DNA of 64,000 bases from Octopus vulgaris. Lineage: Eukaryota. The translations under genes were made by a program, and so were the position numbers. The notes beneath the pieces are model-generated. The model saw only the letters and a list, made by a program, of their open reading frames with translations, was not told where the DNA came from and did not search any database. Of this stretch, positions 27,010-41,514 are shown in pieces (position 1 is the stretch's first letter; each line of letters starts with the position of its first letter). The stretch is from the NCBI GenBank assembly GCA_951406725.2, contig OX597816.1, positions 149,482,001 through 149,546,000 on the forward strand. Direction: 5' to 3'.

Positions 27010-30000
27010 GTGAGTAGTATATCTTGGATTGCATCATACAATGTGTTCTTCCTTTTTAAAAAGTAGAGTGTAGTTTGAGGAGGATTTGGTCACTGTTTCT
27101 AGCAGATCAAGCAACCCTATCTCTAAGATATAAAAAAAATGACCTTTAACTTTTGCAGGTTATTACAAACTTGTTAAATCAATGTGACATAAACTCAACC
27201 AGAATATATGCTGGAAAAATATGGACAGGTCTGGATTGAATGCTTGAAACAGAGAAAATGCTGTTCAAGGTACAGAAGGGCCAGATGGTGATGGCATTAA
27301 GCTGGATGGTGTATTAGGCCTATCACTATAAAGAAAGAGAGAATGAAAAAGAAACTACATTTTATGAACATGGTTAGAGAGTTTTCTGTTGATGTTATTG
27401 TTCAGACCTAGGGCAACCCTATCATTAAATATATTCTAGCCATGATCAACTGATTTGGATATATTCTCTCATTATTTTAAAAGAGACTATAGTATGAGAT
27501 TGGAGGGGAAATCAGCTGTTATTTTTAGCAGGTTGTATGATCATGTAGAAGCTCTTTCATTGAATCTTGAGCATTTTATAATAATCAGGTTGTCTTACCT
27601 CTTTAATAGTAGTGAGTTTGTTAATTGAGGATCTTAATTTCTCCTACACCCACTTGCCTACCTTCTCACCCAACTCTGATTCTCACTGTAAATGTCATTG
27701 TTATATTACCTCCTTCAGTGACAGCATTGCAATCATTTTAACCACGTGATGGACTGAAGTAATTGTTATGAGTGTGTGTTTTGTGGAGTGCAGTGAGAGG
27801 GATGTGAGTAGCCTGAGACCATCAACATGTGTTTCTTGAACTCAGATATTTATCTAAGTACTGATATCAATAAACTTTAACTAGATAAGGTGAGTGAGTG
27901 ATTGGTTGCATGTGTGTGTTAACAGGTGTGTTAACTGATGATGGTAATGGTTTATACATATATATGTGTGTGTATATATATATATATAAATATATATATG
28001 AGAAAGAGAGATATAAGTAAAAGTGTCTTAAAATTATAAAAAACAAATATTAATTGAACAAAGGATTCAATATAAGGTATAGTCAAATATTTATCTTCAT
28101 ATATATATATGGTGTTAGGAAGGGCATCGAGCCATAGAAGTCATGCAATCAGACTGAAGTTTGGTGCAGCTCCTGAGCTTACCAGCCCTGCTCAGACTGT
28201 CCAACCCATGCCAGCATGGACAATGGACATTAAATGATGATGATGATGTAATGTATAAGATTGAAAGCTGGCAGAATTGATAGCAAGTCAGCTCTCTACA
28301 TTCATCATCAACGTTTAACGTCCACTTTCCATGCTAGCATGGGTTGGACGCTTTGACTGAGGTCTGGCAAATCAGATGGCTGTACCAGGCTCCAATCTTG
28401 ATCTGGCAGAGTTTCTACAGCTGGATGCCCTTCCTAACGCCAACCACTCCGAGAATGTAGTGGGTGCTTTTACGTGCCACAATTCTAACAAATTTGTCTT
28501 TGCCTTTTATCCCTACAGGATCAATAAAATAAGTACCAATCAAGTACAGAGGTGTAGGGGGAGATGAAATCAACTTGCCCATCCCCTCAAAAATAGCTGG
28601 GCTTGATCCCTGCAACAGATCTACATCCAATTCAGGCAGAATGTTGTGCTCTTAGTTACTTACATGCCATGGAAACTGGGTAACAAGTTTTCTGAGTCCT
28701 AGGTCTTGCTCTGCTTCTTCCATACTTTAACCTCTTTGCCTCCAACATAAAGCTGGCCCCACTCCTTCTGGGATTATCATCTTGCAAGTTGCATGGCGGC
28801 TTCAACAGAGCTAGTAGCATGGATAAAGCACCCAGTACACATTGTAAAGTGGTTGGCATTGGGATGAGCATCAGCTATGGAAACCATGCCAAATCAGATA
28901 CTGGAGCACAATGCAGTTCGTGGATCCATTGGGTCTTGTCAGACCGCCCAACCCATGCTAGCATAGAACATGAATGTTGAATAATGGTGTTGTTAATGTA
29001 GGTAGACTGTTGTTGGAAAGTAAAACCTGAATAAATCTTGTTATTCTCTTTTCACAAATGCTCTCTATTATATGATATCTGTTCATGTCTTTCTCCTCTG
29101 GTGTTGAATTTCAACAGTTCAAGAATATTAGTGGCATCAATCTCACTAGTCTTGGAAGAGCTGCAAAGGCCATGGGTGCTACTCCCTCCTGACCCAGCAA
29201 ATAAAAAAATGTATATATGTGTTTGTTTGTGGGTCCATTTTACATGAGATGCTCTTCCTATCACCATCCCTTACCTGTTTTTCAAATATAGAATTTTGTT
29301 TTCCCACTAGTCTTTGAAAATACAAGTGTTTTGTTCAGATGGTGTTAGATGAGAAAGCAGAATAATAACGAACCAATTGTATAGTGCTCAGGTGCACTAC
29401 AACTCATCAGATGAACAATTTATGCACATGCATTCCCATACACACACAAGTATATGTAAAATGCATATATATAAAGTGCATCTATTCTTTACATTGGACA
29501 CACTGCATAGAATTTCTACCTATTCGTTTTCTGTGTACCAAACATAATCATTTCCCTGGCAGTATTCTTTTCTTTTTTTTTGAAAATCTACAAATCTTCT
29601 CTCTCTATCTCTCACTCTAAAGTTAAGCTGTGTATTTCTACTATTTTAATTTATTTTGACCTTCACTCCTCAAAGAATCTCTTTGGAATTTGAATATTAG
29701 TTGAAAGAAAATCCATATTAGGAATTTCACAATTCTTTTCTTTTCACTTTTCATTCCAAGAAACTCTAGGAATTCATAACTTACAGATGATAAACTATAA
29801 CTTATAAATAACTTCTAAACCAACTCATAGATGATAACCTCTAAGTTACAAATAACTTGTACATGTTCATAACTTATGAGGTGATCTTAGGAATTTATAA
29901 CTCCACCTTAAAATCTTTTTCTATTTCTAAGCTGTAAATTGAACAACTGGCATCCTGATTTTGCATTTACTTGAAAGTATTGTAAAACTGAACCCTGCAG

Positions 30001-30038
30001 TTTTTAATGAAAGAATTTAATAAGTAATACATACACAC

Positions 30039-30076
<38 letters not shown>

Positions 30077-31280
30077 TGTCAACGTCAGCATTTGTACATC
30101 TATATATTCCATGCAAGCATGGGAAAGCAGATGTTAAAATGATGATAATATATGTGTATATTATGTGTATGTATGTGTAAACACACTCACACGTATATAT
30201 ATATATATATGCATACTGTTACACACACCACCACCATTAATACTTACTCAGTCCTCTGTTTTTTTTATCAGCTACACCCACCCACACACGCATACAGACA
30301 CATATATTTCTGTAGGTCACCTGCAACCCTTTCCCCTTCCTAACACTCTCACCACCACCACTTCTATGACCAAAAGACATTTTGTAAATATGCATGGATA
30401 GTTGTTGATTCTGTATGTGTGTGTGTGTCTGTATATACACACACAAAATCAACTATACACACATACTGTGTGTGTGTGTGGAGGGGGTGATAGAGACAGA
30501 CAGAGATTATCAGTATTGACAGCCAGTATGTCAGAAGCACATATTTTCAATGGAAGAAGAGGAAAGGTTTATAAAATAGTATGCTGCCCTATGGGAACTG
30601 GTGATTCAGGGCAAGAAGTCACTAACTAATCTTACTAAAAACACCACTAACAGTAGGTATGAGCTTTAACCAAGGAACCTCAGTTACTGTTCAGATACAG
30701 TACCAGAGTGAGGCTGTTGACTATAAGGGTGCATGTCGGAGGTAGGTCCTTAATTATTTCTTTTATTTTTCTTACCATCTTAACAGAACTCACATGTATA
30801 AACTTTTATGAGTATTCTATATTCATTTATATTTATATGTCTCTAACTTTATAGATACACTCATATTTGTATGGAAATCTTTTTGGCATTTGTGAGTATG
30901 TCTGTGCATATGTTTACATATGGATGTGTAAATATGTGCATTGTGTGTTCACATTGCAGTTTATTTTTCAAATTTTTCATCCAAAGGGGTGAGAAAGAGA
31001 TTGTTTCTAACCTAGAAAGTATCTTTCATTGGAATTTAGATAATATCAATGTGGTAGTTAAGTGTGTGTGTGTGTGTATTTGTACATATATATGTTCATA
31101 TATCTGTGCATACAAATGCTAAACTTCTAGAAAGTTTTACATATTTTTACAGCTCCATTAATGGTTTATGACTAATTTCCTAATCAGTTGCCTTCTCTGA
31201 TTTTGTGAAACCCAGTTTCTCGGTATTTGTGTGCTGAGGCAGTTAGTTTCAAATCCAAGTACTGCAATAATTGTAGGCAT

Positions 31281-31648
31281 TCTTTTACTTGTTTCAGTCA
31301 TTTGACTGTGGCCATGCTGGAGCACCACCTTTAGTCAAACAAATCGACCCCAGGACTTATTCTTTGAAAGCCTAGTACTTATTCTATCAGTCACGTTTGC
31401 TAACCCACTAAGTTACGGGGATGTAAACACACCAACACCAGTTGTCAAGTGATGGTGGGGGGACAAACACAGACACAAATACACACACACATATATGACG
31501 GGCTTCTTACAGTTTTCATCTACCAAATCCACTCACAAGGCTTTGGTCAGCCTGAGGTTATAGAAGATATGTGCCCAAGGTGCCACACAGTGGAACTGAA
31601 CCTGGAACCATATGGTTGGAAAGCAAGCTTCTTACCACACAACCACTC
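31281..31648 (-). mobile_element. OR2-like CORE SINE, older CpG-decayed copy
   Basis: Colinear with 56801-57207. Confidence 0.9.
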
Positions 31649-33599
31649 AAATATAAATCGATATTTTGGGTGGAATGTCTATGAAATCTGAAGATGATTG
31701 CGCTGGATTTTTTAGGAATACGTTAAGAGAGTTAGGAAATGAAATAATGAATAAAAGATTAAACTGATATTTATTTTTGACATGCTGTATATGTATTACA
31801 TCTAATGTTACTAAGTGTTATTTATGGTAATATATAATGCAACAATTTTTATTATACAAAACTTTATAAAACCTTTAATATTTACATTCTTTTAAAATCT
31901 GTGACGAGTAATCTGTGCTGTTGGTATTTGTTCACAACAAAAAAAAAAAAATTCCTAGTAAAGACTTTTAAATTGACGATGATGAAATCAAGATAGATGA
32001 CAATGTAATTGAAACTAACAATAGCAATGATGATGAATTTGATGTTGACGTTGATTAGCTTTAGGTTGATAAGGACTAATTTGAGCTGGTGGTGGAGTGT
32101 CCCTTGTATGTTTTACTGTCACTTTGATCCTTTCTAACAGCATGGCTATGCATGATGTTCTGCTGATAAGGAGAACAAATTTTTTTGTCTGATTACCTGT
32201 TGTGATAGAGCTTATCTTCCCTGGATGTGTGTCCTTGTTCAACACCCAGAGAATACTTTCTGAGGAGCTCTTTTCCAACTCTCATAATTTTATCTGCTGC
32301 ATGTATGCTGACTTGATCCATGAATGCACTTCAACAGATGGTTATGAGATGTCAAAAAGATATAATGCAGCATTCAAAGTCTATTTGGATCAATGTTAAG
32401 CTCCTGTGTCATTATCTAAGTAGAGGTAGTACATTACTGTTAATGTAGACATTTATAGAATTAGTTAAAAGATCGGTAATTTTAACATCAGCAACTCATA
32501 TCACATCTAGTGTCCAAATGAGTAGCATAGATATTGGTATGAATACTGATACAGCAAACACATTGTAGGCCACTGGCTTGTATACAGAGCTATTGAAGAA
32601 CCATATTTTTAAAAATCTGTGTTATATGGTTATTTATGCTTATGCATTCTTAGTTTCATGTTCCATCAGAAGATATATTTTCATCTACCCCAAAGTGCTT
32701 ATAGAATTCTTCATCAAATATTGAAAAAAAACCCATCAGGCCATTGATACAGATATTATTAGACTGACTTGTAGAAACATTTATTCCCTTAATCCTTTGA
32801 AAGTATTGTAACCATGCCAAAGCTCATCTTCATACCATTATTCTTTTAGGATCTTCCTTAAAAGAACTATAGATGAGACTAATTTTTTAACCAATTACAT
32901 AGTCTTGAAATTTCTTCAACGAAAAGAGCAAGAGGTTCATTAATCATCATCATCATTTAACGTCCGTTTTCCATGCTATCATGGGTTGGACGGTTCGGCC
33001 GGGGTCTGGGAAGCCAGGAGGCTGCACCAGGCACCAGTCTGATCCTGGCAGTGTTTCTACAGCTGGATGCCCTTCATCATGCTAACCACTCCGTGAGTGT
33101 AGTGGGTGCTTTTTACGTGCCACCAGCACAGGTGCCAGGGGAGGCTGGCAGCAGCCACGATCGGTTGGTGCTTTTTACATGCCACCGGCACAAAAGCCAG
33201 TCAAGGCAGCGCTGGCAACGGCCACGTTCAGATGGTGCTTTTTACATGCCACCGGCATGGGTATCTTAACTACGATTTCCATTTGATCTTTTATTTTGAT
33301 GTTGATGTACTTGACTCAATAGATCTCTTCAAGCACAGCAGGTCGCCCTACAATCCAAGGTAAGCACAGTAGGCCATTCTGTGATCCAAGGTACTTTGGA
33401 TGGGCTGGGACTGCTCTGTGAAACTAGTGCAGGAAAGAGTCATGAACTCACATTATTTGTCAGGTCTTCGCAGTCACAGCATATCTCTAAAAATATCAGT
33501 TTTTTGTCATTGCCTCTGTGAGGCCCAACGTCCGAAGGTCATGCTTGACCACCTCATCCCATGTCTTCCTGAGTCTGCCTCAACCCCGGATTCCTTCAT

Positions 33600-34500
33600 T
33601 AAGTGGTCCAAAATAAAGCTTGGTGTCTTTAGCCTCGATGATGGTCACTAGAACTTTAATAAATCAAAATACACCTAGTATCCATGAGTAGGGAATAGAA
33701 TTGAATGCTTTTCTTTGTAATCTAGCTAGTCTATAATTGAATTCTTCCTATGCCACCACCCCTCTTTAGTCATAATTTTATTAATTAGAAATTGCTCAGC
33801 ACATTTCCAAATTCCTTACTTCACAGTTGCTTGTTCAACTGTGAAATATTGTTACTCTCAGGATTAGATTCAGATAAGCTGTGTTAATTCCATCCTTTCA
33901 ATTCCAGCATACAATTGGCTTATAGTTCTTCAACATGTGAGTGGATTTGTTTTAGAGTATCAGTTTTATTTCTGCCAGTATCAGCCAGCTTGGCATTTTC
34001 TTTTTCTTTGTACAAGTACTTAATATTCAAGAATCTTCTTGCTGCTTTCCTTACCTAAAGTTTCTAAATCATAACCTCAAGTGTATCACCATTGATACTG
34101 TATGCTTTTGATGTAATGTAAGGTCAAAATTTTTTTAGATTTCTTTAACCATCCTGCATCATTGTTAAACTCTTATTTTCACTCTAGAATAAAACTACAT
34201 TTCCCAGAAGGAACTTCTGTGACATTTATTGTCTTCTCATATCTTGGTAAACTACAGATTAGTTTTGATTGAATTTTTTACTGTTCCTTCAGCAACTCTC
34301 TTTTAATGCCTGAGTTTTTCAATAGCAACTTTTTCCTCCTGTTTGAGGGTAATCAATTTATTCTCAAGGGTTCTCTTTTTACTGTTTCCAGACATGGTTT
34401 CTATTTTGTATTTCACTTTTTGTTGGCAAGAAATCTAGTTATTTGTTTGTTTGCATGTGTTATGCATTGCCACATGACTAATAATCTTCTATAGAAGGTA
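33600..34500 (-). mobile_element. R4/Dong-like non-LTR retrotransposon RT remnant
   Basis: Minus strand PSWL...NYKPIVC...EQ...KCAEQFLINKIM...LDYK.KAFNSIPYSWIL. Confidence 0.7.
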
Positions 34501-34775
34501 TATCACGGTACCATTTTTATTTTGTTATCTTTCTTTAATTCTTCAGTATTGCTAAGATACTACTTTGTGGTTGTCAAGAGGGCATAATAAATAAATGTCA
34601 ATTTGTCAAAATGAAAGGACATTGCACTGTCATGAACATTTACCCCAATTTCATTAGTCACTGTTAACATGAATTCAGTGGATCTCTTATTAATGCTAAT
34701 CAAATGTTATTTTTCTTGTAGGAGTTTTAAACATAAAATAACCTTTTCTTGAACGCATTAATACATTTCAGTTGT

Positions 34776-34926
34776 TTATACTCTTCCAACTTGTAGTACA
34801 CTTAAAGTATCATCATCGCTGCTACGGTCAATGACACCTTGGTACGAATGATCTTCAGTTTGATTGCCATAATTGCAGTTAGTCAGATCTGTTATGACAC
34901 ATGTGCCATCTTTGTTATTGGCAGGT
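34776..34926 (-). CDS. Predicted exon (PANNKDGTCVITDLTNCNYGNQTEDHSYQGVIDRSSDDDTLSVLQVGRV*); terminal, or internal if donor aga|gtataa after 34782 is used
   Basis: ttttcctaatcag| acceptor, phase 2, 49 open codons, retains CpGs unlike its flanks. Confidence 0.6.
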
Positions 34927-36135
34927 CTGATTAGGAAAATGTTTACATAGTCTTTTTTGTGTTCTATTCACTCTTTTAGGAATAAACATATATTCATCAC
35001 ATTTTAGAATCCTACACTTTTTCTGCTAATTTAACCAACTGTTTTACAATGTGAAGAGTGGGTGGGAAGGTGTACACAGTGAATACAAATTTGAGGTGGG
35101 AGCAGTGATGACAGAAAGGCCAGTGATTAGTATTTGAAAAACAGGAATAGGGGAGTCAATGTAGTTATAAAGGATACATGATAAATCAGGGCATGTACAT
35201 TTTGCACAGGTGACCAAAGAGTGGAATTGGAGAGCAAGAAAAGAAAAAAGAATGACAGCAGAAGGACTAGAATGGGTGTGAATGTGGACAATGGAACAAG
35301 GCAGGGATATAAAGAGGTGGTCAGAAGTGGGGAGAGCAATTGGTAATAGCAAAGAGACAAAAGTGGAAATGGGTGATTAGATAAAAGTGAGAGTCAGTAA
35401 GAGATAGGAAATGAGAGGCAATAGAAGACATGGACAAAAGTAGAGATGGATGACAAGACAAAGAGAGTAGGTGAAGAGTAGTAATAGAGGTAGTTCAGAG
35501 GGGGGAAGAGAGTGCTGACTGGTAGCACAGCACAATGAAGTTAAGGTATGTTGGTAGCCTAATGCAGTCTCCTATATACAGATCTGTTGAAAGGCAAGTG
35601 GGCAAAGTGATGAGAATAGTGGGATCAGTACATGTGGTGGGGAGATAAGAGTTGGAGGGCTATGAATGATATGAAGTTAAGCCAAAATGGGTAGATGGGA
35701 GGTGGAGGTCAAGAATGTATGGTTAGTGGGTCACAAATATAAACCTGGGACATATATTCAAAAACCCAAGAAAAATACACTCCATACTTAGAATTTCTTC
35801 TACAATTACAACTGAAAATAACTACATATACCTTTCCCAATGTCATTTTTCTTTGTCCCCCCCCCCCCCAAGTGTTGTTGATCTGGACATCTCAAGCTGT
35901 GTACTTAATAATCAAATCACTGCATGGTGAACTTGACAAATATCATTATGATCTTGAATAAAAGGTGTCTTCAATGAATGTGATAAAAAAAATTAGTTTT
36001 TATCTAGGCTGATAGTTGTTGCATTAATGATGGAAATAATATTCATTGTAAATTTAAAGAACAGTTTCCTATGCTAATAATGAATGCCGTGTGTGTGCAT
36101 GAGTGTGCAAGCATGCAAATTTACAAAATGGAAAC

Positions 36136-36235
36136 CTATTATTGTTATTGGTTCCCAACTGAAGATTTCGTTTTACAGGTAGTGTGTATCTAAAGCAATC
36201 AGCTGAGAATGCCCTATACTTATCTAAGACATTAC
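36136..36235 (-). CDS. Predicted exon (G-NVLDKYRAFSADCFRYTLPVKRNLQLGTNNNN-R)
   Basis: ttctgattatag| ... |gtttcc (weak donor), 100 nt, phase 1-2, compatible on both sides. Confidence 0.55.
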
Positions 36236-36823
36236 CTATAATCAGAAGTCACAAGTATGAAATGTATGTGCAATGAAATGGTTCGAATGGGAACTGAATT
36301 TGTATTGCCAACTCATTTGAGATGCTCCTATATATATATGAGGGAGTGAGGTGGGGTTAGTACAAACTGGATAGAGAGAACTCAAAACATGAAAATATAT
36401 AAACTTTTTTTATTCTTAATTGGTAAAAGTATATTGCAAAATGACTTAAGAGATGAGAATTTCATACCATGCACAACACTCACAACTCTTGAGTTGCTTT
36501 GTCATTTCTGCTTATTGAAAATAGTGTGTGTGTGTACAGACAAGGCAAATTGATGATTGATATCAAGTGAACAAGTGCAGAGGTTTGATGTTAGAAGGAT
36601 GTTGTGTAGTAGCAGACCAAGGATGAGTTTGGAAGAAGTGCCAGAACAGACAATTGGAGCTTGGTGCAGTTCTCTGGCTGGCCAGCTCCTGTCAAACCAT
36701 CTAACCCATGCCAGCATGGAAAACGGACGTTAAATGATGATGACCAAGATAACAAGATGTATAAAGCATTGCTAAGTGTATATATTCTAATCTACGCCAG
36801 AATAAGCTTATCATACTCCGTAC

Positions 36824-36889
36824 CATTGTCCAGAGTACAAGTTTCTATTTCTACTGAGAGAGTATCTATGCTGTTGCATAAATATTCAC
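36824..36889 (-). CDS. Predicted exon (G-EYLCNSIDTLSVEIETCTLDN) with NAGNAG acceptor
   Basis: tatttttagcag| ... |gtacgg, 66 nt (69 with the upstream AG), phase 1-1. Confidence 0.6.
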
Positions 36890-37379
36890 CTGCTAAAAAT
36901 AGCAATGAAATTTCTTCCAAATAAAATCTTACCATTTAAAAAAAAGTATACATTGCAGAGGGCACATTCTGCACAAATAAAAAGCAGAATCTTCAAGTTA
37001 GGTCTGCTTGACCAGGGTTGATCTGACGTTAAACAACAAAGACTACATATTTGAGGTAGTGAGGGAGCCTCCATGTTTTTCAACCTGCTAAAATAACAGT
37101 CAAATCTTCAGATTGCATCCTATATTGAGAAGGTTGGAACACTTTGGATTAACCTGTCTTAAATACTCATTGTTCAAACAGAAAGATGCAGTGGGCATAG
37201 AATGCTTTTGATCATAGGTCTGTTCTGTCAGAGTTGATGTAGAGATAAAAAAAAAAACTATGCTTTTTCCTCTTGTTCACCATTCTACATAATGACATAT
37301 TCACCCCATCACCTCTGATAATAACACTGTAGAACTTGTATGTGTGGTATCAAAGTTATTGATTAGAATCATAACTAAC

Positions 37380-37525
37380 CCAGTTGATAAAGTGTCAGCT
37401 GCTGGTTAACATGTCCTCTAGTGTTTAATTTATATGTCTTTCCTGAGCTTTTAGTGCTGTGTTCAAATTTTCTCAGAATTAACTTGCAGAGAGGGATGAG
37501 ATCTACTATATTTGGTTGATATGCT
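37380..37525 (-). CDS. Predicted exon (AYQPNIVDLIPLCKLILRKFEHSTKSSGKTYKLNTRGHVNQQLTLYQL)
   Basis: gatcttcag| ... |gttagt, 146 nt, phase 2-1, 48 open codons. Confidence 0.65.
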
Positions 37526-37609
37526 CTGAAGATCAATTTTTGAAGTAGTGTCTAATGCTTTTTCATCTTTTTTTTTTAATTTTACTGGTCAGAGAAGACC
37601 TACTACATC

Positions 37610-40093
37610 TTAACCCTTGGCCTACCAGAGAAAATGTATGTCACTAATTACCAACTGGGTCCAATGGACCCAATATTTTCCTTTTTATTAAATTTTATTC
37701 AAACTACCACTATTTCTTAGCTACATTATATATGCTATCAGGTGAATGAAGAATTACTGCTTCTCACAAATTTTAATTAAAAAGATACAGCTTACAGAAT
37801 ATATTATAAAATTTAAAAATTACAAAAATACAGAATTACAGTTTTTCATGGCAGTGAATGCAGACAACATTGGAATGTTCTTGACAAACGTGGATATTAC
37901 AATTCTTATATGTAGTACGAGTTTTCCTGTCTTTTTTTTGGGGGGGGGGGCACACAAAGAACATCTTCCTTTTTTCTTTGGCTGACGAATCTCAAACGTG
38001 GTTGAAGATCATCTTCTTTTCTTGTTTGGTTGAGAAATGTTTGCGGAACTAGAAGATTATTTGTCATGTTCTTGTTTAGTATTAACTCCAGCAAATTCCT
38101 TTCCTAACTGAATTAGGCATTGTCTTCGTTTATCCTTGAAACTTTGTAAGTGAAGCTGTTTAACAACAATGAAAGCATTCACTGCACTTATATCAATCCT
38201 GTTGTAGAATATAACCATAGGCCATCTTCAAGTCATTCTTTTGCAAGTGTATGTCCTTTCCATCTTATGTAGGGTATCTTCTCCTCCTTTTGTTTTGTTG
38301 TAACATGTAATAACTTCAGGTTTCTTTTCAGCACTTTTTGAATGAATTGAAGGCTGAGAGTGCATTGTACTCATAAGTGTGACTACATAATTTTTCTTGC
38401 GACAATAAGATAAGATCATAGAATCCTTTTGAGATCCAAATATTGTGCTGTTGATTTCTCTTTCTTTTCCATTTGCCAAAGCACTTGTAAGTTCAACTCT
38501 GTTCTTTCTAATTGTTCCAACTAAAGTAGTTTTCTTGCTAAGTAGCTTTCAAGCCAATTCTAGACTTGTAAAAGAATTATCACAAGTTATATTGCGACCA
38601 GTATTTTCAAGTTCTTTTACTAGGTCTTCAACAACTCTTGAACCTTGATTTGTCTTTCTCCCTTTTACTGGGTCTTTTCCAGTGTAAATTTGCATTTTCC
38701 AGGCATAAGATGTTTCACTGTTGTATATTGCCCAAATTTAAATTCCATATTTCCCTGGTTTTGAAAGAATATATACCGGAATGGGCAGCACCCTCTGAAT
38801 GAAACTAATTGTTTATCAACTGACATGCATGAACTTGGAACAAATCCATCTTGCAAATTCTGATTTCACATTTCAAATACTTCTCTTGTGGGCTCCAATT
38901 TATCATCACTTCTCTTTTTTCCTTCATGCACAAGCATCATCAAAATACAACACTTGTAAAATCTGCTGAAATCTTTCCTAGCTTATAATTTTGTTGAATA
39001 TTGGGCAACCATCTTCTTGACTCCATAAATGTGACATTTTCATGTTTAGATTTATAAACACCTATAAGAATAGCCAGTACAATAATATTCTTTAGTTCAG
39101 AGTGATCAATTTCTTTCCATTTATCTTTGTAAACAACCCCACCTTCAACATTTGTCCATTTATGAATTACTTCAAGAAGATTCTGGTGCATAAAGATAGT
39201 AAAACATGTTTCAATGCTATTGCAAGACCTTTTAGCAAAATTGATGGTCCACATTCTTAGCGCACAATATTGCAAGATGAAGTTCTTACTGTTGCTTGAG
39301 TAAGAGGATTAGAATGCCAGACTTCTTGTCTGCCTTTAGAAACATATTGCTCATCCATAATTGGGTAGCCTACAGATAATTGTTTTTGAGCATCTGCATC
39401 ATCTGATGACACAGAACCTAAACTGTCCAACACACAATCACTTTCATCATCATCTTCAGAGCAATAGATGGAATCACTACTGTCTTCTTCCCATTCTTCA
39501 TCTAATTCCAATAACCTTTTCGATATTTGGTCTTCGCTCAAGTTTTCATGTCTAGGCATATTGGAAAGCACAACTGAACTATATGAAAGTTGATAGCAGA
39601 CTAAAGGCAGATATTGCTCTCCCACATATTTATACTCTCCTGAAAGATGATGAAATATATTGAAGGAATTGCATCCTCACAGAAATATTGCATCACCCTA
39701 TAACCTAGCAGATTGAAGGTGATGCAATACCACAAAAATTTACAAGAATATTTTCATAGTTTTTCCTATTTTATCTAAAATTCAGCAAATAAATTGAATA
39801 CAATTTTATCTATTTTATATCTGGTAAATATCTAGGAAAATAATATTTGATATTGCTTTTATTCTGTTTAGAATAACAAAAGTATTGTCTGAATTTAATT
39901 CGAGGGTCCAATGGACCCACATGGTCATTAATGTATAACGTAAAATTTTCTAGCTTTTATTTCCCATTTGACAAATAAAAAAGAGTCAAGAAAAAATAAG
40001 AGACACAAGAAATAAGAAGAATGAAATAATATAAACAGTAGGAAAAAGTAACAGAAAATACTGAATTGGACCCATTGGTAGACAGAAGGTTAA
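37610..40093 (-). mobile_element. Complete piggyBac element (PGBD4-like), inactive
   Basis: TTAA at 37610-37613 and 40090-40093; TIRs cccttggcctacca / tggtagacagaagg; subterminal gggtccaatggaccc palindromes. Confidence 0.93.
37836..39559 (-). pseudogene. piggyBac transposase pseudogene
   Basis: Acidic N-terminus MPRHENLSED..., SVDKQLVSFRGCCPFR, NITCDNSFTS, YNKTKGGED, Cys-rich end CNIHVCQEHSNVVCIHC; multiple frameshifts and stops. Confidence 0.9.
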
Positions 40094-41013
40094 AGCAAAA
40101 GTGTAATTATAATTAAAGTATAACTATAAAAATATGAAGAATATGGCTAAGGGGTTAACAGGTTCACTTCTCAATGATGAAGCCCTGGGTTCACTACTAA
40201 TACCCAGCATTTTGGGTTAGTGACTTCTGACATAGCTTCAGATTAAACCAATCCTTGTAAGTGAACTTGGGTGGATGGAGACTGTGGAAGCTCTTCAGAT
40301 GGATTGTACTTGTAATTCAAAGGCACCAACCTTATCAAAGATTGTCATACTGATTCTGTTTCATTGTATTAAGGCTGTGGTATACTCTGTCACACTGTAA
40401 TACAAGGAATAGGGGGTTCTCTTGAATGAACAGCTGGAACACTGATTTGAACAGATTAGGAAGTGCACTCTGATATGTCACAAAAGTAAGCTAATGAAAG
40501 TTCTGATATCATACAAAAAGTTGAAAATCTTTGTTTAGCATTGGATTGATTACTGTTGTATATAATTTGAAGAGATACAACAGATGTGTGAGCAAGAGAT
40601 TTTTCAGAATGAAAGTTCAGGATTTTACCAGATGTTTCATTGAAAAATCGTAGCTAAGCTGAGTTAAATATTACTGGGTCAAAGCCTTTAAATTTTTTTT
40701 TTAATATATTGAACAAATACTCTTTTGTTGAAAGACAAAGTAGAAGATTGTATTTTCTGAATTTCTATAGTACTAAAAAAAGGCAGCAGTTGACTGATTT
40801 GTGCCCTAGTCTATAGGCTGAATAGAATTAATAATTCATAGCATCATCAGTGATATACTAAGTCTCTAATTAAGAAATTTAAATTTCAATACCCTGTCAT
40901 TGTAGCTATAAATAGATTTCATGAAGGAAATGTATTTTTTGCTATCATGAAGGAAATATATTTTTTAGGCAGCAGAAGCATTCTGTAACAGAAAAGTAAT
41001 TAAAGTAGCTCAC

Positions 41014-41090
41014 AAGTGGTGGATGCAAATCCTTGTAGAAACCAGCGTCTGACAGATTTTCATAAGGGATAGATCAATAATGTTTAATAC
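41014..41090 (-). CDS. Predicted exon (VLNIIDLSLMKICQTLVSTRICIHH-L)
   Basis: ttttcaag| ... |gtgagc, 77 nt, phase 0-2; the only open frame matches both neighbours. Confidence 0.65.
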
Positions 41091-41187
41091 CTTGAAAACT
41101 GTGATGAACCCTAATTTATTTGAGACACTTGATGATGATGATGATGATAAGAAATAAAAAAGAAGTTTTGCTTCATTTTAATAAATA

Positions 41188-41365
41188 CCGTATTTTAACA
41201 TGTATAAGGAACCCTTTTTTGTCAAAAATTAGGTTAAAAAATATGGGAGTTACTTATACATGGACAGTATTATAATCCCTTACAAAACCTTTTTTCCAAA
41301 TTTTAATCTCCCCAAAGTAGGAGGATCCTTATACATGAGGGTTCCTTATACATGTTAAAATACGG
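41188..41365. mobile_element. pogo/Tc2-like MITE
   Basis: Perfect 28-bp TIR ccgtattttaacatgtataaggaaccct; TA on both flanks. Confidence 0.93.
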
Positions 41366-41514
41366 TAGTTCATCACAAACATTTATTTTGACTTTTGGGA
41401 GAGGATCTGTTTCATGTTGAAATATCAAGTTTAGAGGGGAAATGAAAAATGATGGTGTGTGTGTGTGTGATGTAAATGAAACAGTTCCAACTCAGAATTG
41501 AAACCTGGTCATAC

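Noticed and set aside
29760-29900. Short recurring ataactt motifs resembling a CRISPR-like array
   Set aside because: Degenerate, irregular minisatellite with no constant repeat-spacer structure, in a eukaryotic context.
32060-32940. Possible additional LINE RT remnant
   Set aside because: Too decayed; no motif could be read reliably.
37836-39559. Domesticated or active PGBD gene
   Set aside because: Multiple frameshifts and stops with TIRs retained, so it is a dead transposon copy.
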